Part shown: positions 1 to 8,121 of the stretch, piece after piece
Layout: every line of letters starts with the position of its first letter
How positions within the stretch are numbered: position 1 is the first letter of the stretch
Assembly (NCBI GenBank): GCA_964449585.1
Contig: CAYUZE010000004.1
Span: forward strand, 51,063-115,062
Reading direction: 5' to 3'
From: an uncultured Gammaproteobacteria bacterium
GTDB lineage: Bacteria > Patescibacteriota > Microgenomatia > UBA10105 > UBA927
Length of the DNA: 64,000 nt
Notes under the pieces: model-generated
Told to the model about the DNA's origin: nothing
Seen by the model: only the letters and a program-made list of their open reading frames with translations
Database searches by the model: none
Made by a program: the position numbers and the translations under genes

Positions 1-1
1 C

Positions 2-589
2 TCGTCCCTTGCGGAAAAGAAGGATGAAGTAGGTATGTCCACCGGTCTTGCCTGGACGGAGGCGGGAGGCGATATCTTGTTCATTGAAGTGGCCCTCATG
101 CCGGGACGCGGCACTCTCATCCTCACGGGACAACTGGGAGAGGTGATGAAAGAATCCGCGCAGGCCGCCATGTCCTATGTGCGAAGTCGCTACAAGGCGC
201 TTAAACTGCCGGAGAAATTCTATCAAAAACTTGACGTCCACGTGCACGTGCCGGAAGGTGCGGTTCCCAAAGACGGTCCCTCCGCGGGAGCGGCAATTGC
301 TACCGCCATCGTGTCTGCCCTAAGCAAGAAAGCGGCACGACGACTGGTGGCCATGACGGGAGAAATCACGCTTCGCGGAAGGGTGCTCGAAATCGGCGGC
401 GTCAAGGAAAAAGTAATCGCCGCGCATCGGGCGGGGATAAAAGAAGTGATACTTCCGAAGAATAACAAAAAAGATTTGGAGGATATTCCGAAAAAGGTAT
501 TAAGCGACGTGAAGTTTAACTTTGTCGAGCACATGGATGAGGTGTTGAAGGTAGCAATTCCCTCACTCAAGTTTTCCGCCAATGCGTAA
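2..589 (+). CDS. lon: Lon protease, C-terminal proteolytic (S16) domain; 5'-partial at the window edge
   Basis: Translation TGLAWTE..GG.....EV....[22 protein letters not shown] and the [18 protein letters not shown] serine-protease motif match Lon S16 domains. The frame is open from the window start. Confidence 0.85.
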   Translation, partial: SSLAEKKDEVGMSTGLAWTEAGGDILFIEVALMPGRGTLILTGQLGEVMKESAQAAMSYVRSRYKALKLPEKFYQKLDVHVHVPEGAVPKDGPSAGAAIATAIVSALSKKAARRLVAMTGEITLRGRVLEIGGVKEKVIAAHRAGIKEVILPKNNKKDLEDIPKKVLSDVKFNFVEHMDEVLKVAIPSLKFSANA

Positions 590-592
590 CGG

Positions 593-1540
593 CTATTGCA
601 GGTAGTCGTAGATCAGTTTCGAAACATCGGCAAGTAATGCATCGGTGGCTTCTCCTTCCGCGGCGCCGTTGATAAATATGCCGACATAATAGGTGATTTT
701 GCCGTCCGTGACGATTCCCGCATCGTGAATGATACCCACTTCCGTGCCGATTTTATGATACGTGACCGCTTTGTCGGGAAGTTTGGCGGGAAGACGGGTT
801 TCGTGATCAGTGTCTTTAAAAAATGAGAGCATCTCCTGCGTGTGGGCACTGTCGGTTATCTTGCCCTCGTAGATCATACGGAATAATTTGGCGATATCCT
901 GGTTTGAGGTGTTGTTTTTCACCATATCCGTTTGCGTAAGTCCCCACTGGGAGACGATTTCGGAAAGCCTGGGGAATCCGATAATGTGGTTAGCGAGAAT
1001 ATAGGCTGCCGTGTTATCGCTTTGTTTGATCATGAGTTTGGCAAGCGTTTTAATCGAGTAGACCGAGCCGGGTTTGTCATAACGGATAGATCCCGTGCCG
1101 TAGTCCTGGATGTCGGACGCCTGTAAGGTGATATCCCGATCAAGATCGATTTCGCCTTTCCCGGCAAGGTAATAGAGCGCGGCGATAATCGGTACTTTGT
1201 TGACGGATGCCGCAACAAAAATTTCCGCTTCACTTTGTCGGAGCGAAAAATCCCCGCCGTACTGCTCGACGATGACGGAGTAATCGTTCCAGGCGCCGTT
1301 AATCGTCTTTTCTATTTTTTCGGCAAGATCATCGGCACTTTTTTCTTTTTTGAAAAAGGTAAAAGATTTGGCGGGGGCTTTGGTGGGTTGTGCGACGGTA
1401 GGATCATCGGGGATAGGGGAGATCACCGTACTTTTGCTTCCCCCGATAAGTTTCACTGCCCCAATTACTACCCATCCGATAAACAGTAACAGCAGAATGA
1501 ATCGTGGCCATCGGTTCTTTTTCTTCCGCTGCAAATCCAT
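593..1540 (-). CDS. Class A beta-lactamase-like serine hydrolase, membrane anchored
   Basis: An N-terminal TM segment, an S-V-N-K (SxxK) motif, an SDN motif (SDNTAAY) and a KIG (KTG-like) triad. The internal ATG at 1540 was chosen as the start. Confidence 0.65.
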   Translation of the reverse strand: MDLQRKKKNRWPRFILLLLFIGWVVIGAVKLIGGSKSTVISPIPDDPTVAQPTKAPAKSFTFFKKEKSADDLAEKIEKTINGAWNDYSVIVEQYGGDFSLRQSEAEIFVAASVNKVPIIAALYYLAGKGEIDLDRDITLQASDIQDYGTGSIRYDKPGSVYSIKTLAKLMIKQSDNTAAYILANHIIGFPRLSEIVSQWGLTQTDMVKNNTSNQDIAKLFRMIYEGKITDSAHTQEMLSFFKDTDHETRLPAKLPDKAVTYHKIGTEVGIIHDAGIVTDGKITYYVGIFINGAAEGEATDALLADVSKLIYDYLQ

Positions 1541-1566
1541 GCCAAGATTGTAACACTTTGTTGTAA

Positions 1567-2532
1567 ATGTCTGATAGGAGCGATATACTCCGCCCAATGG
1601 CAACTGTGGAGCGACAAGACCATGCGTCGCGTGAGCAATTTCCGTTGTTTGATCCGGAACAGTATGTCCGTCGGATTGATGAGGCGAAAACCTTTATCAA
1701 AGAACGGCTCCCCGAAGGATTTGTCCCCAAAGTAGTGCTCACCTTAGGTTCCGGAGGTTTGGGAGTAATCGGCGATGAGATACAAAAAGTCGCAACGATT
1801 CCCTATGAAGACATTCCCGGGTTTCATAAACCCACCGTGGTAGGACATGCAGGCAACCTGATTGCGGGGTACCTTGAAGGAGTCCCGGTGATCGGTTATC
1901 AGGGACGACGGCATTACTACGAAAGCGGCGGACAACCCAACCAGGTCATCGCATTAAAGGATGTGGTGTTTCCCGTTTACGTCGCTCGTGCGCTGGGCGC
2001 CGATACGTATATTGCGACGAATGCCGCGGGAGGACTGGAGCTGAAGTTCAGGCCGGGTGACCTTATGGTAATCACCTCACACTTGGATATCCATTTCCCC
2101 AATGTACTACTCGGACCCCAGGTGCCGTTTATGGATGCCGAACGGTTCCAGCCGCAGCACGGGCAATATAATGCCGAATTGAGAGCGATACTTCTTCATG
2201 CGGCAACGCATGCGGGAGAAGCTGACAGAGTCCATGAAGGGGTATATGCGGCGCTGACGGGACCGACGTTTGAATCGGTTGCCGATTCGCAAGCGCTTCG
2301 GCGATCGGGAGTATCCGCCGTCGGCATGTCCACGGTGCCCGAAATCATCACGGCATCCAATATCGGCATGGAGACACTCGGGGTATCGCTGATCTCCAAC
2401 GTCATTGCCCCCGACGGTACCAACGCGACCAGCCATGAGGAAGTGACGGCGGCACTCCAAGATCCCGCAACCAAAAACCGGGTCGCCAACCTTTTCCGCG
2501 AATTTTTCCGTATCTATAACGGTTCGCACTAA
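1567..2532 (+). CDS. punA: Purine nucleoside phosphorylase (PNP-I/PunA-type)
   Basis: LTLGSGGLG, VGHAG.L..G.L.GVPV, TNAAGG, GMSTVPE and ISNVIAP blocks are collinear with PunA/DeoD family 1 enzymes. Confidence 0.85.
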   Translation: MSDRSDILRPMATVERQDHASREQFPLFDPEQYVRRIDEAKTFIKERLPEGFVPKVVLTLGSGGLGVIGDEIQKVATIPYEDIPGFHKPTVVGHAGNLIAGYLEGVPVIGYQGRRHYYESGGQPNQVIALKDVVFPVYVARALGADTYIATNAAGGLELKFRPGDLMVITSHLDIHFPNVLLGPQVPFMDAERFQPQHGQYNAELRAILLHAATHAGEADRVHEGVYAALTGPTFESVADSQALRRSGVSAVGMSTVPEIITASNIGMETLGVSLISNVIAPDGTNATSHEEVTAALQDPATKNRVANLFREFFRIYNGSH

Positions 2533-2550
2533 GCGGGATATACTATACCT

Positions 2551-3021
2551 ATGCGTATTGCCATTCGTCGCGCAAAACTTTCCGATCTTGATGCAATCTG
2601 TACCCTTAGTCAGTCGCTCTTTGAACATGAGCGGCAATTTACCGATGAGTATGACATGGGATGGTCGCACGGGGCGGCGGGGAGAAAGTTTTTCACCAAA
2701 ATGCTTCGGAGCAGAAAGGCATTTGTTCTGCTTGCGATTGCCGATGAAAAAGTTGTCGGCTACATTCTGATAAAATTCCTCACCTTTTCCTGGCGGGTAT
2801 ATAACCCGATTGCCGAGCTTACGAACTTGAGCGTTGACCCTATGTATCGCGGGCAGGGAATAGGTACCAAGCTGTTTGAGAAGGCGGCGGAAACGGCAAA
2901 AAAGCGCGGCGCCAAACGCATGAGTGTCGAAGGACTGCATGATAATGTGCGTGCCATAAAGTTTTACCAAACCCAAGGCTTCCGCCACTTTAGCGATACC
3001 CTGCTTCTTACCCTGACATAA
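2551..3021 (+). CDS. GNAT family N-acetyltransferase
   Basis: The RGQGIGTKLFE..A.KRGAKRM...V...N..A..FY...GF acetyl-CoA binding motif A/B pattern; 156 aa. Confidence 0.8.
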   Translation: MRIAIRRAKLSDLDAICTLSQSLFEHERQFTDEYDMGWSHGAAGRKFFTKMLRSRKAFVLLAIADEKVVGYILIKFLTFSWRVYNPIAELTNLSVDPMYRGQGIGTKLFEKAAETAKKRGAKRMSVEGLHDNVRAIKFYQTQGFRHFSDTLLLTLT

Positions 3022-3032
3022 CCTCGCTCGGT

Positions 3033-3061
3033 TTGGCACATCGGAGTGTGATAAAATATGA
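3033..3061 (+). promoter_or_regulatory. Candidate sigma70-like promoter (TTGGCA ... TGtGATAAAAT) placed to transcribe the repeat/tRNA-Glu array
   Basis: A -35-like TTGGCA and an extended -10-like TGTGATAAAAT lie immediately upstream of repeat unit A (3069). Identified by eye only. Confidence 0.3.
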
Positions 3062-3068
3062 CATACGC

Positions 3069-3170
3069 GCCCCGTTCGCAATCCAGGAGTGAACGAGCAG
3101 AGTCATCGAAGCGAGTACTACTCCTGGTGAGTGCCACGTACCCGTGGCCAGTCCAGCGCAATTAACAACT
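3069..3170 (+). repeat. Repeat unit A: tRNA-Glu 5' fragment (gccccgttcg), then a 70-nt two-hairpin element (stems CCAGGAG/CTCCTGG and CCACG/CGTGG), then a truncated second element 5' end
   Basis: The first 10 nt are identical to the 5' end of the tRNA-Glu at 3307. The element runs 3079-3148. Its hairpin stems differ from copies B and C by compensatory changes. Confidence 0.7.
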
Positions 3171-3177
3171 AAATATT

Positions 3178-3270
3178 GCCCCGTTCGCAGTCCAGCGCTT
3201 AATGAGCGAATGCATATTCGCGAATCGTAGCGCTGGTGAGTGTCGCGTAACCGCGACCTAGCGGCCGGGG
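3178..3270 (+). repeat. Repeat unit B: tRNA-Glu 5' fragment, then a 70-nt element (stems CCAGCGC/GCGCTGG and TCGCG/CGCGA with a nested GCGAATGCATATTCGC palindrome), then a tRNA D-loop-like ctagcggcc
   Basis: gccccgttcg, then element 3188-3257, then a sequence matching the tRNA-Glu D-loop. The element sits exactly after GTTCG. Confidence 0.7.
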
Positions 3271-3306
3271 AAGTGATTGATAGCAGAGTATTTAACAATT
3301 TAATAC

Positions 3307-3380
3307 GCCCCGTTCGTCTAGCGGCCTAGGACGATTCCTTCTCAAGGAATAAATCGCCGGTTCGAATCCGGCACGGGGTA
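3307..3380 (+). tRNA. tRNA-Glu (anticodon CUC)
   Basis: 74 nt. Acceptor stem GCCCCGU/ACGGGGU, D-arm UCGUCUAGCGGCCUAGGACGA as in bacterial tRNA-Glu, anticodon stem AUUCC/GGAAU with loop UUCUCAA, T-arm GCCGG-UUCGAAU-CCGGC, discriminator A. Confidence 0.85.
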
Positions 3381-3391
3381 CTCACAAAATA

Positions 3392-3417
3392 ATCCGGCAC
3401 ATTGCCGGATTTTTTTT
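3392..3417 (+). terminator. Rho-independent terminator after tRNA-Glu
   Basis: Hairpin ATCCGGC-acatt-GCCGGAT followed by a T8 run. Confidence 0.7.
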
Positions 3418-3451
3418 GTGAATATTCGCATGCGCGAATTTGAACCGGCTA

Positions 3452-3546
3452 GCCGGTTCGCCGTCCAGCGTTTAACGAGGGGAGTCTTCGACACGAGTCG
3501 TAGCGCTGGTGAGTGCCGCGTAACCGCGGCAATCCGGCACGGGGTA
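3452..3546 (+). repeat. Repeat unit C: tRNA T-stem fragment (gccggttcg), then a 70-nt element (stems CCAGCGT/GCGCTGG and CCGCG/CGCGG), then the tRNA-Glu 3' end (aatccggcacggggta)
   Basis: The element (3461-3530) is inserted exactly between GTTCG and AATCC of a T-loop copy. The 3' flank is identical to the last 16 nt of the intact tRNA. It is preceded by the palindromes ATTCGCATGCGCGAAT and GAACCGGCTAGCCGGTTC. Confidence 0.7.
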
Positions 3547-3612
3547 CTTACGCAATCTCCTCACATTTAGCCCTATAGTACGTTCTCCGTGGTATAATTT
3601 GTTTTCATCGCT

Positions 3613-4089
3613 ATGGCAAAAGAACGTCCTCAAATATACGAGCACCTCGTCGTGTCAGACGAAATGGTCGAGTACGCGCGTGTGCTCCGATCCGTTGCAA
3701 AAGGGGGGAGTAACGTTGTCGAGACTGCGGATTGGACGGTACAGAGTTTTTCGCATGCGCGCTATGCTGCGGATTGCGTGTATCATCCTGGCGGCACCGA
3801 ACAGGCGGTATTTTCGTTTGTCATGGCGGAGCGCCGCCAACAGATAGAGATGGAAAACACGCATCGCCGTGCACGGGGAGGAAGCGGAGTGAGCGCGTTT
3901 TCCCACCTGGAACACATGGCGGCAGCCCTTTCCCGAATGGAGAATAAACCGGTATGGATGACCTATCCGCTATACGGACAGAAAGATACCGAACAATTTC
4001 TCCTCCGTCGCGGCTATACCAAAGTGCTCTATTTCCCCATCGGTTCACTTATCCCAGCCCCTGCATTGGCATGGACGTACGCCGCATAA
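3613..4089 (+). CDS. Hypothetical protein (158 aa)
   Basis: Long ORF with an upstream TATAAT-like box. No recognisable motifs. Confidence 0.5.
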   Translation: MAKERPQIYEHLVVSDEMVEYARVLRSVAKGGSNVVETADWTVQSFSHARYAADCVYHPGGTEQAVFSFVMAERRQQIEMENTHRRARGGSGVSAFSHLEHMAAALSRMENKPVWMTYPLYGQKDTEQFLLRRGYTKVLYFPIGSLIPAPALAWTYAA

Positions 4090-4131
4090 CTATTTCATTT
4101 CGATTATCAAACACCGGGTGGGGAATGACCG

Positions 4132-4332
4132 TTATTTCTCCGACGGGATAAATATCCAGCAGAGGATATAGGGGATGATACCGGGAACGCCTCCCGGAAG
4201 GAGGGCAAACACCCACAGCAATCGGACGAGGGTTACGTCGACATTGAGATAGTTTGCCACCGCCAAACATACACCGGCAATTTTCCTGCCTTTTTTGGGA
4301 CGAACTAACTTTTTGACCGCTGCCTGTGCCAT
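4132..4332 (-). CDS. PspC-domain small membrane protein
   Basis: KIAGVCLAVANYLNVDVTLVRLLWVFALLPGGVPGIIPYILCWIFIP matches the PspC domain signature. Start taken at the internal Met (MAQAAVKK). Confidence 0.65.
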   Translation of the reverse strand: MAQAAVKKLVRPKKGRKIAGVCLAVANYLNVDVTLVRLLWVFALLPGGVPGIIPYILCWIFIPSEK

Positions 4333-4398
4333 ACTTCCTTCAGTATATATCGATATATTTCCCGCTGTACAGCGGTTCCGTGGTATAGTGGAGGGATT

Positions 4399-4914
4399 AT
4401 GGCAGAGTCGTCGGAACAACCTACAACGCGTGAGCTCCTCCCCGCGCCTTCCAAAGAGAAGGAAACAACCATCGCGAGTTTCCGTGAGAAGCGACTCGTT
4501 ATGTGGAAATCCATGGTGGAGACCATGAAACAGCATCCGAATATTTCCCGGGTGCTTTCCGCGGCGGTCAATGCCACCGTGGGATCGTACGTAAAGTTAA
4601 GCGCGGAGGCATACACGGGAAAAACCATAGACCAGCAAAATCTCACCCCGCTCGGAAGAATAGTCCATGCCTTTATCGTGGGAACGGGACTTGCTTCATA
4701 CGGGCTTATTGCCGCAGGGAGACCGGAAATTGCGGCGATTACGTACGGATCGTCGTGGGCGGCGTATGCGTTGATGTACGGACCGGAAATTATCGCGCCG
4801 ACGCTTCGCGCGGCGGCAAAGGGTATCGAGACAAAGCATCAGACTACCGCAAATATTTTGCAAACGGTCGCCGCGGTGGTAGAGAAACCGAAGAAATTGT
4901 TTTTTAAGGTATAA
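4399..4914 (+). CDS. Hypothetical protein (171 aa), probable membrane segment
   Basis: ORF with a GGAGGG RBS and a -10-like TATAGT upstream; hydrophobic central region. Confidence 0.5.
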   Translation: MAESSEQPTTRELLPAPSKEKETTIASFREKRLVMWKSMVETMKQHPNISRVLSAAVNATVGSYVKLSAEAYTGKTIDQQNLTPLGRIVHAFIVGTGLASYGLIAAGRPEIAAITYGSSWAAYALMYGPEIIAPTLRAAAKGIETKHQTTANILQTVAAVVEKPKKLFFKV

Positions 4915-4916
4915 CC

Positions 4917-5087
4917 ATGGACGAACTGAACGAGATTATCGAGCAACTTATCTCGCTAGGCGAAGATCGGGATGAGTTGGAATTTTGGCGCACGGTGGCA
5001 CCTTCACTGCCACCGGACAAGCGAGAGGAGCTTCTCAACAATCTGACCGAAGAACTTCAAACACTCCAAAAGCCGTCCGCATCGTAA
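4917..5087 (+). CDS. Possible small acidic protein (56 aa)
   Basis: ATG 2 nt after the previous stop; MDELNEIIEQLISLGEDRDELEFW... Below the ORF-track size cutoff. Confidence 0.3.
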   Translation: MDELNEIIEQLISLGEDRDELEFWRTVAPSLPPDKREELLNNLTEELQTLQKPSAS

Positions 5088-5134
5088 CGTTTCCCCAGTA
5101 GATGAGAATGGGTGTCTTTGATATACTATAGGGT

Positions 5135-5674
5135 ATGTCAATAGAACACGGCGATGAGCTACTCAGCAAAATGTTCCCTCGGGCACGGTTTATTGATCGC
5201 ATAGAATCTATCGTGTTGCAGGAGGGAAACGATGCGATCCATGTATATCCACGGGAGTTTACGCTCAATCATATCGCACTCTATCAGGCACATACGGAAG
5301 AGTTGGCGAGGATGGTGGAACACGCAGATACCCGTGTTGCGGTCGCCGGCCAACGAATTCCCGTGCGTATTAACCGTATCCGTTCGATTCACACCCTTCC
5401 GGATGATCGGGTATTTACCCGTAGCAGATATGCCGGTCCGTTTTCGCTTGATACCTGTCTCGGAAAATGGGGATTACCACGGTGGTTTAGCATTGCAAAA
5501 CCATCCAGTAAACTGATTCGCGAATTGGATATCGCAATTGATAAAGCGGTCGTGCACGACGTCGGCTATGACAATATTCCCAATGAATTTGAACTTGCTA
5601 CCAAAAATATTCACATTGAGCGGGCGGGATTTACGATTGTCGATATTGCCGCCATCCTGGAACGGATATGGTAA
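5135..5674 (+). CDS. Hypothetical protein (179 aa)
   Basis: ORF with coding-like composition. No recognisable domain. Confidence 0.5.
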   Translation: MSIEHGDELLSKMFPRARFIDRIESIVLQEGNDAIHVYPREFTLNHIALYQAHTEELARMVEHADTRVAVAGQRIPVRINRIRSIHTLPDDRVFTRSRYAGPFSLDTCLGKWGLPRWFSIAKPSSKLIRELDIAIDKAVVHDVGYDNIPNEFELATKNIHIERAGFTIVDIAAILERIW

Positions 5675-5714
5675 TTTCGGTAACCCCGCATGCAGACGGT
5701 GCTATACTGACCGT

Positions 5715-6134
5715 ATGTCCTGGTTTGTTTATGCAGTACTTTCGGCGATTTTTGCAGCCCTTACCGCAATTCTTGCCAAAATAGGCATAAAAAACGTCGA
5801 TTCGAATCTGGCGACCGCAATCCGCACGATCGTTATCCTCATCTTTGCCTGGGGCATTGTGTTTTGGCAGGGAACGGCGAGCAAACTCTCTTCAATCTCC
5901 AACTATTCGCTTGTTTTCCTCATCCTTTCCGGGATTACCACCGGGCTTTCCTGGCTTTTTTACTTTCGCGCGCTCCAATTAGGGAAAGCGTCCCAGGTTG
6001 CTCCCATCGATAAATTGAGTTTGGTGCTCACTATCGTGCTTGCAGCCGTGCTTCTTAAGGAAAAAGTGAGCGCCTCGATCGTTGTCGGCGGGATTCTTAT
6101 GGCCATCGGAGCCATACTGATTAGCCTCGGCTAA
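5715..6134 (+). CDS. Small EamA/DMT-family 4-TM transporter
   Basis: A 140-aa protein of four hydrophobic helices with an EamA-like pattern (..FYFRALQLG..S.V.PIDKLSLVLT..). Start at the ATG at 5715. Confidence 0.6.
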   Translation: MSWFVYAVLSAIFAALTAILAKIGIKNVDSNLATAIRTIVILIFAWGIVFWQGTASKLSSISNYSLVFLILSGITTGLSWLFYFRALQLGKASQVAPIDKLSLVLTIVLAAVLLKEKVSASIVVGGILMAIGAILISLG

Positions 6135-6297
6135 CCCCTGAATTGAGGCTAATTGCGGAGTGTTTCTTTCTTGACAAGCCAAAATTTGTTTGAGACAATC
6201 TAACCTACGTCTGAAGGCTGTATAGCCGAAAGATAACGAATTTATCGCTCCCCGGCATTAAATACCGTGGGGAGTTTTTTTTAAACGAGAGGATAGT

Positions 6298-6759
6298 ATG
6301 AACAACAATCATATTGTGGTCACCAAAGAAGGATTAGATGCGCTCAAAGCGGAATATGACGAACTGACAAACGTCAAACGCCCTGCGGCGGTTACCCGGC
6401 TTGCCAATGCCCGTGAACAGGGAGATTTGTCGGAAAACAGCGAATACACCGATGCCAAACAGAATTTAGCCTTCATTGACGGCAGAATTGCCGAGCTTGA
6501 AGTCGTACTCCATGACGTACAGGTCGTCACCACCCACACCAAAGGCCACGTGGATGTCGGATGCAAAGTCACGCTTCATATAAACGGCAAAAAAGAAGTC
6601 TTTACCGTCGTCGGAGAATGGGAAGCCGACCCGTCAAGCAAGAAGATCTCTCACGAATCGCCGCTTGGCAAGGCACTCCTTGGCAAGAAGGTAGGCGAGC
6701 AGGTTGAAGTGGAAGCGCCGGCGGGCAAGATCCACTACAAGGTTTTACATATAGAGTAA
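6298..6759 (+). CDS. greA: Transcription elongation factor GreA
   Basis: EGLDALKAEYDEL...AREQGDLSENSEYTDAK......I.ELE and a C-terminal FKBP-like domain; 153 aa. Confidence 0.9.
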   Translation: MNNNHIVVTKEGLDALKAEYDELTNVKRPAAVTRLANAREQGDLSENSEYTDAKQNLAFIDGRIAELEVVLHDVQVVTTHTKGHVDVGCKVTLHINGKKEVFTVVGEWEADPSSKKISHESPLGKALLGKKVGEQVEVEAPAGKIHYKVLHIE

Positions 6760-6780
6760 AACCCAAAAACATTGAAACCG

Positions 6781-6804
6781 AAACCCGCCGAAAGGCGGGT
6801 TTTT
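6781..6804 (+). terminator. Rho-independent terminator after greA
   Basis: AAACCCGCC-gaaa-GGCGGGTTTTT. Confidence 0.7.
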
Positions 6805-6961
6805 AGTACGAAAGCGCATAATAAGGAAAAAATCGCAGCACAGAAAATATATATCAACATATCTATGAACAACGGCATCGTGATAATCAAGAAGACGAAG
6901 AAGCAATCCCCAACCGGGAGGGCTCTTCGTGGAAGATAGCTAAAGCGTATATTTCCAAACG

Positions 6962-6988
6962 AAAACCCCTCCGCAAGAGGGGTTTTTT
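6962..6988 (+). terminator. Second rho-independent terminator, bracketing a short AT-rich unit
   Basis: AAAACCCCTC-cgcaa-GAGGGGTTTTTT. Confidence 0.6.
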
Positions 6989-7050
6989 GATGGATAGTAC
7001 TCCGACAAAGCGGGATGAACGTATAAAAAATTTTTAAGAAAGGAATCACT

Positions 7051-8121
7051 ATGACAGAACGAATTGAAAATACAAACACGGGAAGTACCGGAGGATTAGG
7101 GTACAGTTTGCGGTCCTACGATCGCGCGTATTGTAACTATCCCGGAGTAATCCATGATGCGGATACGGTAAGGCGGCTTTTCCGTATCGGTCAGCATATT
7201 ATTACCCGAAGCAGGCATAACGTCACCCGCGGGGTGCTGCGTGCCGTGGTGCCTTCGAGTGTAATGGAGCAACTCGCGGACACTCCCGAAACCGCAGGGA
7301 ATATCGAGGCGGCAGTGCCGACCCGATATGCTACCCGCGCCAACAGCAGGAGGAGCGAACCGCTTTGGATGATGCTCGCCGCGATAAATAACGGGAATCG
7401 GGCGCCTCTCTTTCCCGTCCGAGATATGGTACGTGTTGTAGAGAGTGAACGAAAAGCACCCTCGATCCCTCCCGTCGATCGCATCATGTCGCTTCGTCGT
7501 GACGGGTATCGGTTTATCTCCGATATTCCCGAAGAACGAATCGGAGAAGTGGAAACCCTGTGGGGAAACAGTTTCGAATGGAGCAGGTCGGGCATTTTAG
7601 ATCTCCGGGATAAACTGCGTGCGGCGATCGGCGTGCCGAAACGATCCCGCACCGTGTGGTTTTCGGGAATCGTTGAACCAGAACACAATACGCTTGCCGC
7701 GATAGCCACCGCGGAACGACTCGACATCCCGATTGCGGAAGGTGTTTCCGTTCCTATCGTCGAAAGTACCGAGTGGCGGCGTGCCGATCATATCACTCAG
7801 CACGGACTTACCGCCGCAGCCGTATCACATCTTCACGCTAATGTTGTGGAGGATCTGAACGGACTCGCCCCCACGATTATCGCGGAAACAAACTTCCGAT
7901 CCGGGGCGCACCGGGTCGGGTTTGCATCGGGAATGGACGTACCTGCCCGTTCTGTTTTCGGGGCGGATATACCGCAAATGCTTATTCAAAACGTTCGCGT
8001 GGGTGACGGATTACCTCCCGACGGCGAGCGGGACTTTACGCTCCTGCATATCCCTGACGAGTCATTACAAACCTATTATCATGACGCATCACGGGAAGTG
8101 ATGCTGAAAGGAGATCTATGA
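7051..8121 (+). CDS. Hypothetical protein (356 aa), translationally coupled to the downstream HDAC-family hydrolase
   Basis: Long ORF with an RBS-like AAGGAAT. Its stop overlaps the next start (ATGA at 8118). No domain recognised by eye. Confidence 0.55.
   Translation: MTERIENTNTGSTGGLGYSLRSYDRAYCNYPGVIHDADTVRRLFRIGQHIITRSRHNVTRGVLRAVVPSSVMEQLADTPETAGNIEAAVPTRYATRANSRRSEPLWMMLAAINNGNRAPLFPVRDMVRVVESERKAPSIPPVDRIMSLRRDGYRFISDIPEERIGEVETLWGNSFEWSRSGILDLRDKLRAAIGVPKRSRTVWFSGIVEPEHNTLAAIATAERLDIPIAEGVSVPIVESTEWRRADHITQHGLTAAAVSHLHANVVEDLNGLAPTIIAETNFRSGAHRVGFASGMDVPARSVFGADIPQMLIQNVRVGDGLPPDGERDFTLLHIPDESLQTYYHDASREVMLKGDL

Noticed and set aside
2107-3298. Long antisense ORFs (2107-3081, 2964-3161, 3008-3298 minus) overlapping punA, the GNAT gene and the RNA repeat region
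   Set aside because: They overlap well-supported genes on the opposite strand or run across structured RNA repeats. They are shadow ORFs of GC-rich coding sequence with no start or RBS context.
3069-3546. Possible CRISPR array, because of the three repeated about 70-nt units
   Set aside because: The units are not uniformly spaced direct repeats separated by unique spacers. They are hairpin elements of different sequence embedded in tRNA fragments, and no cas genes are nearby.
3069-3546. Split or permuted tRNA halves (Nanoarchaeum-like) formed by the partial tRNA-Glu copies
   Set aside because: The break points are not compatible (after nt 10 in A and B, in the T-loop in C), the element copies are same-sense, and an intact tRNA-Glu is present.
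6735-7079. 114-aa minus-strand ORF
   Set aside because: It spans two rho-independent terminators and an AT-rich intergenic region, with a low-complexity translation; it is spurious.
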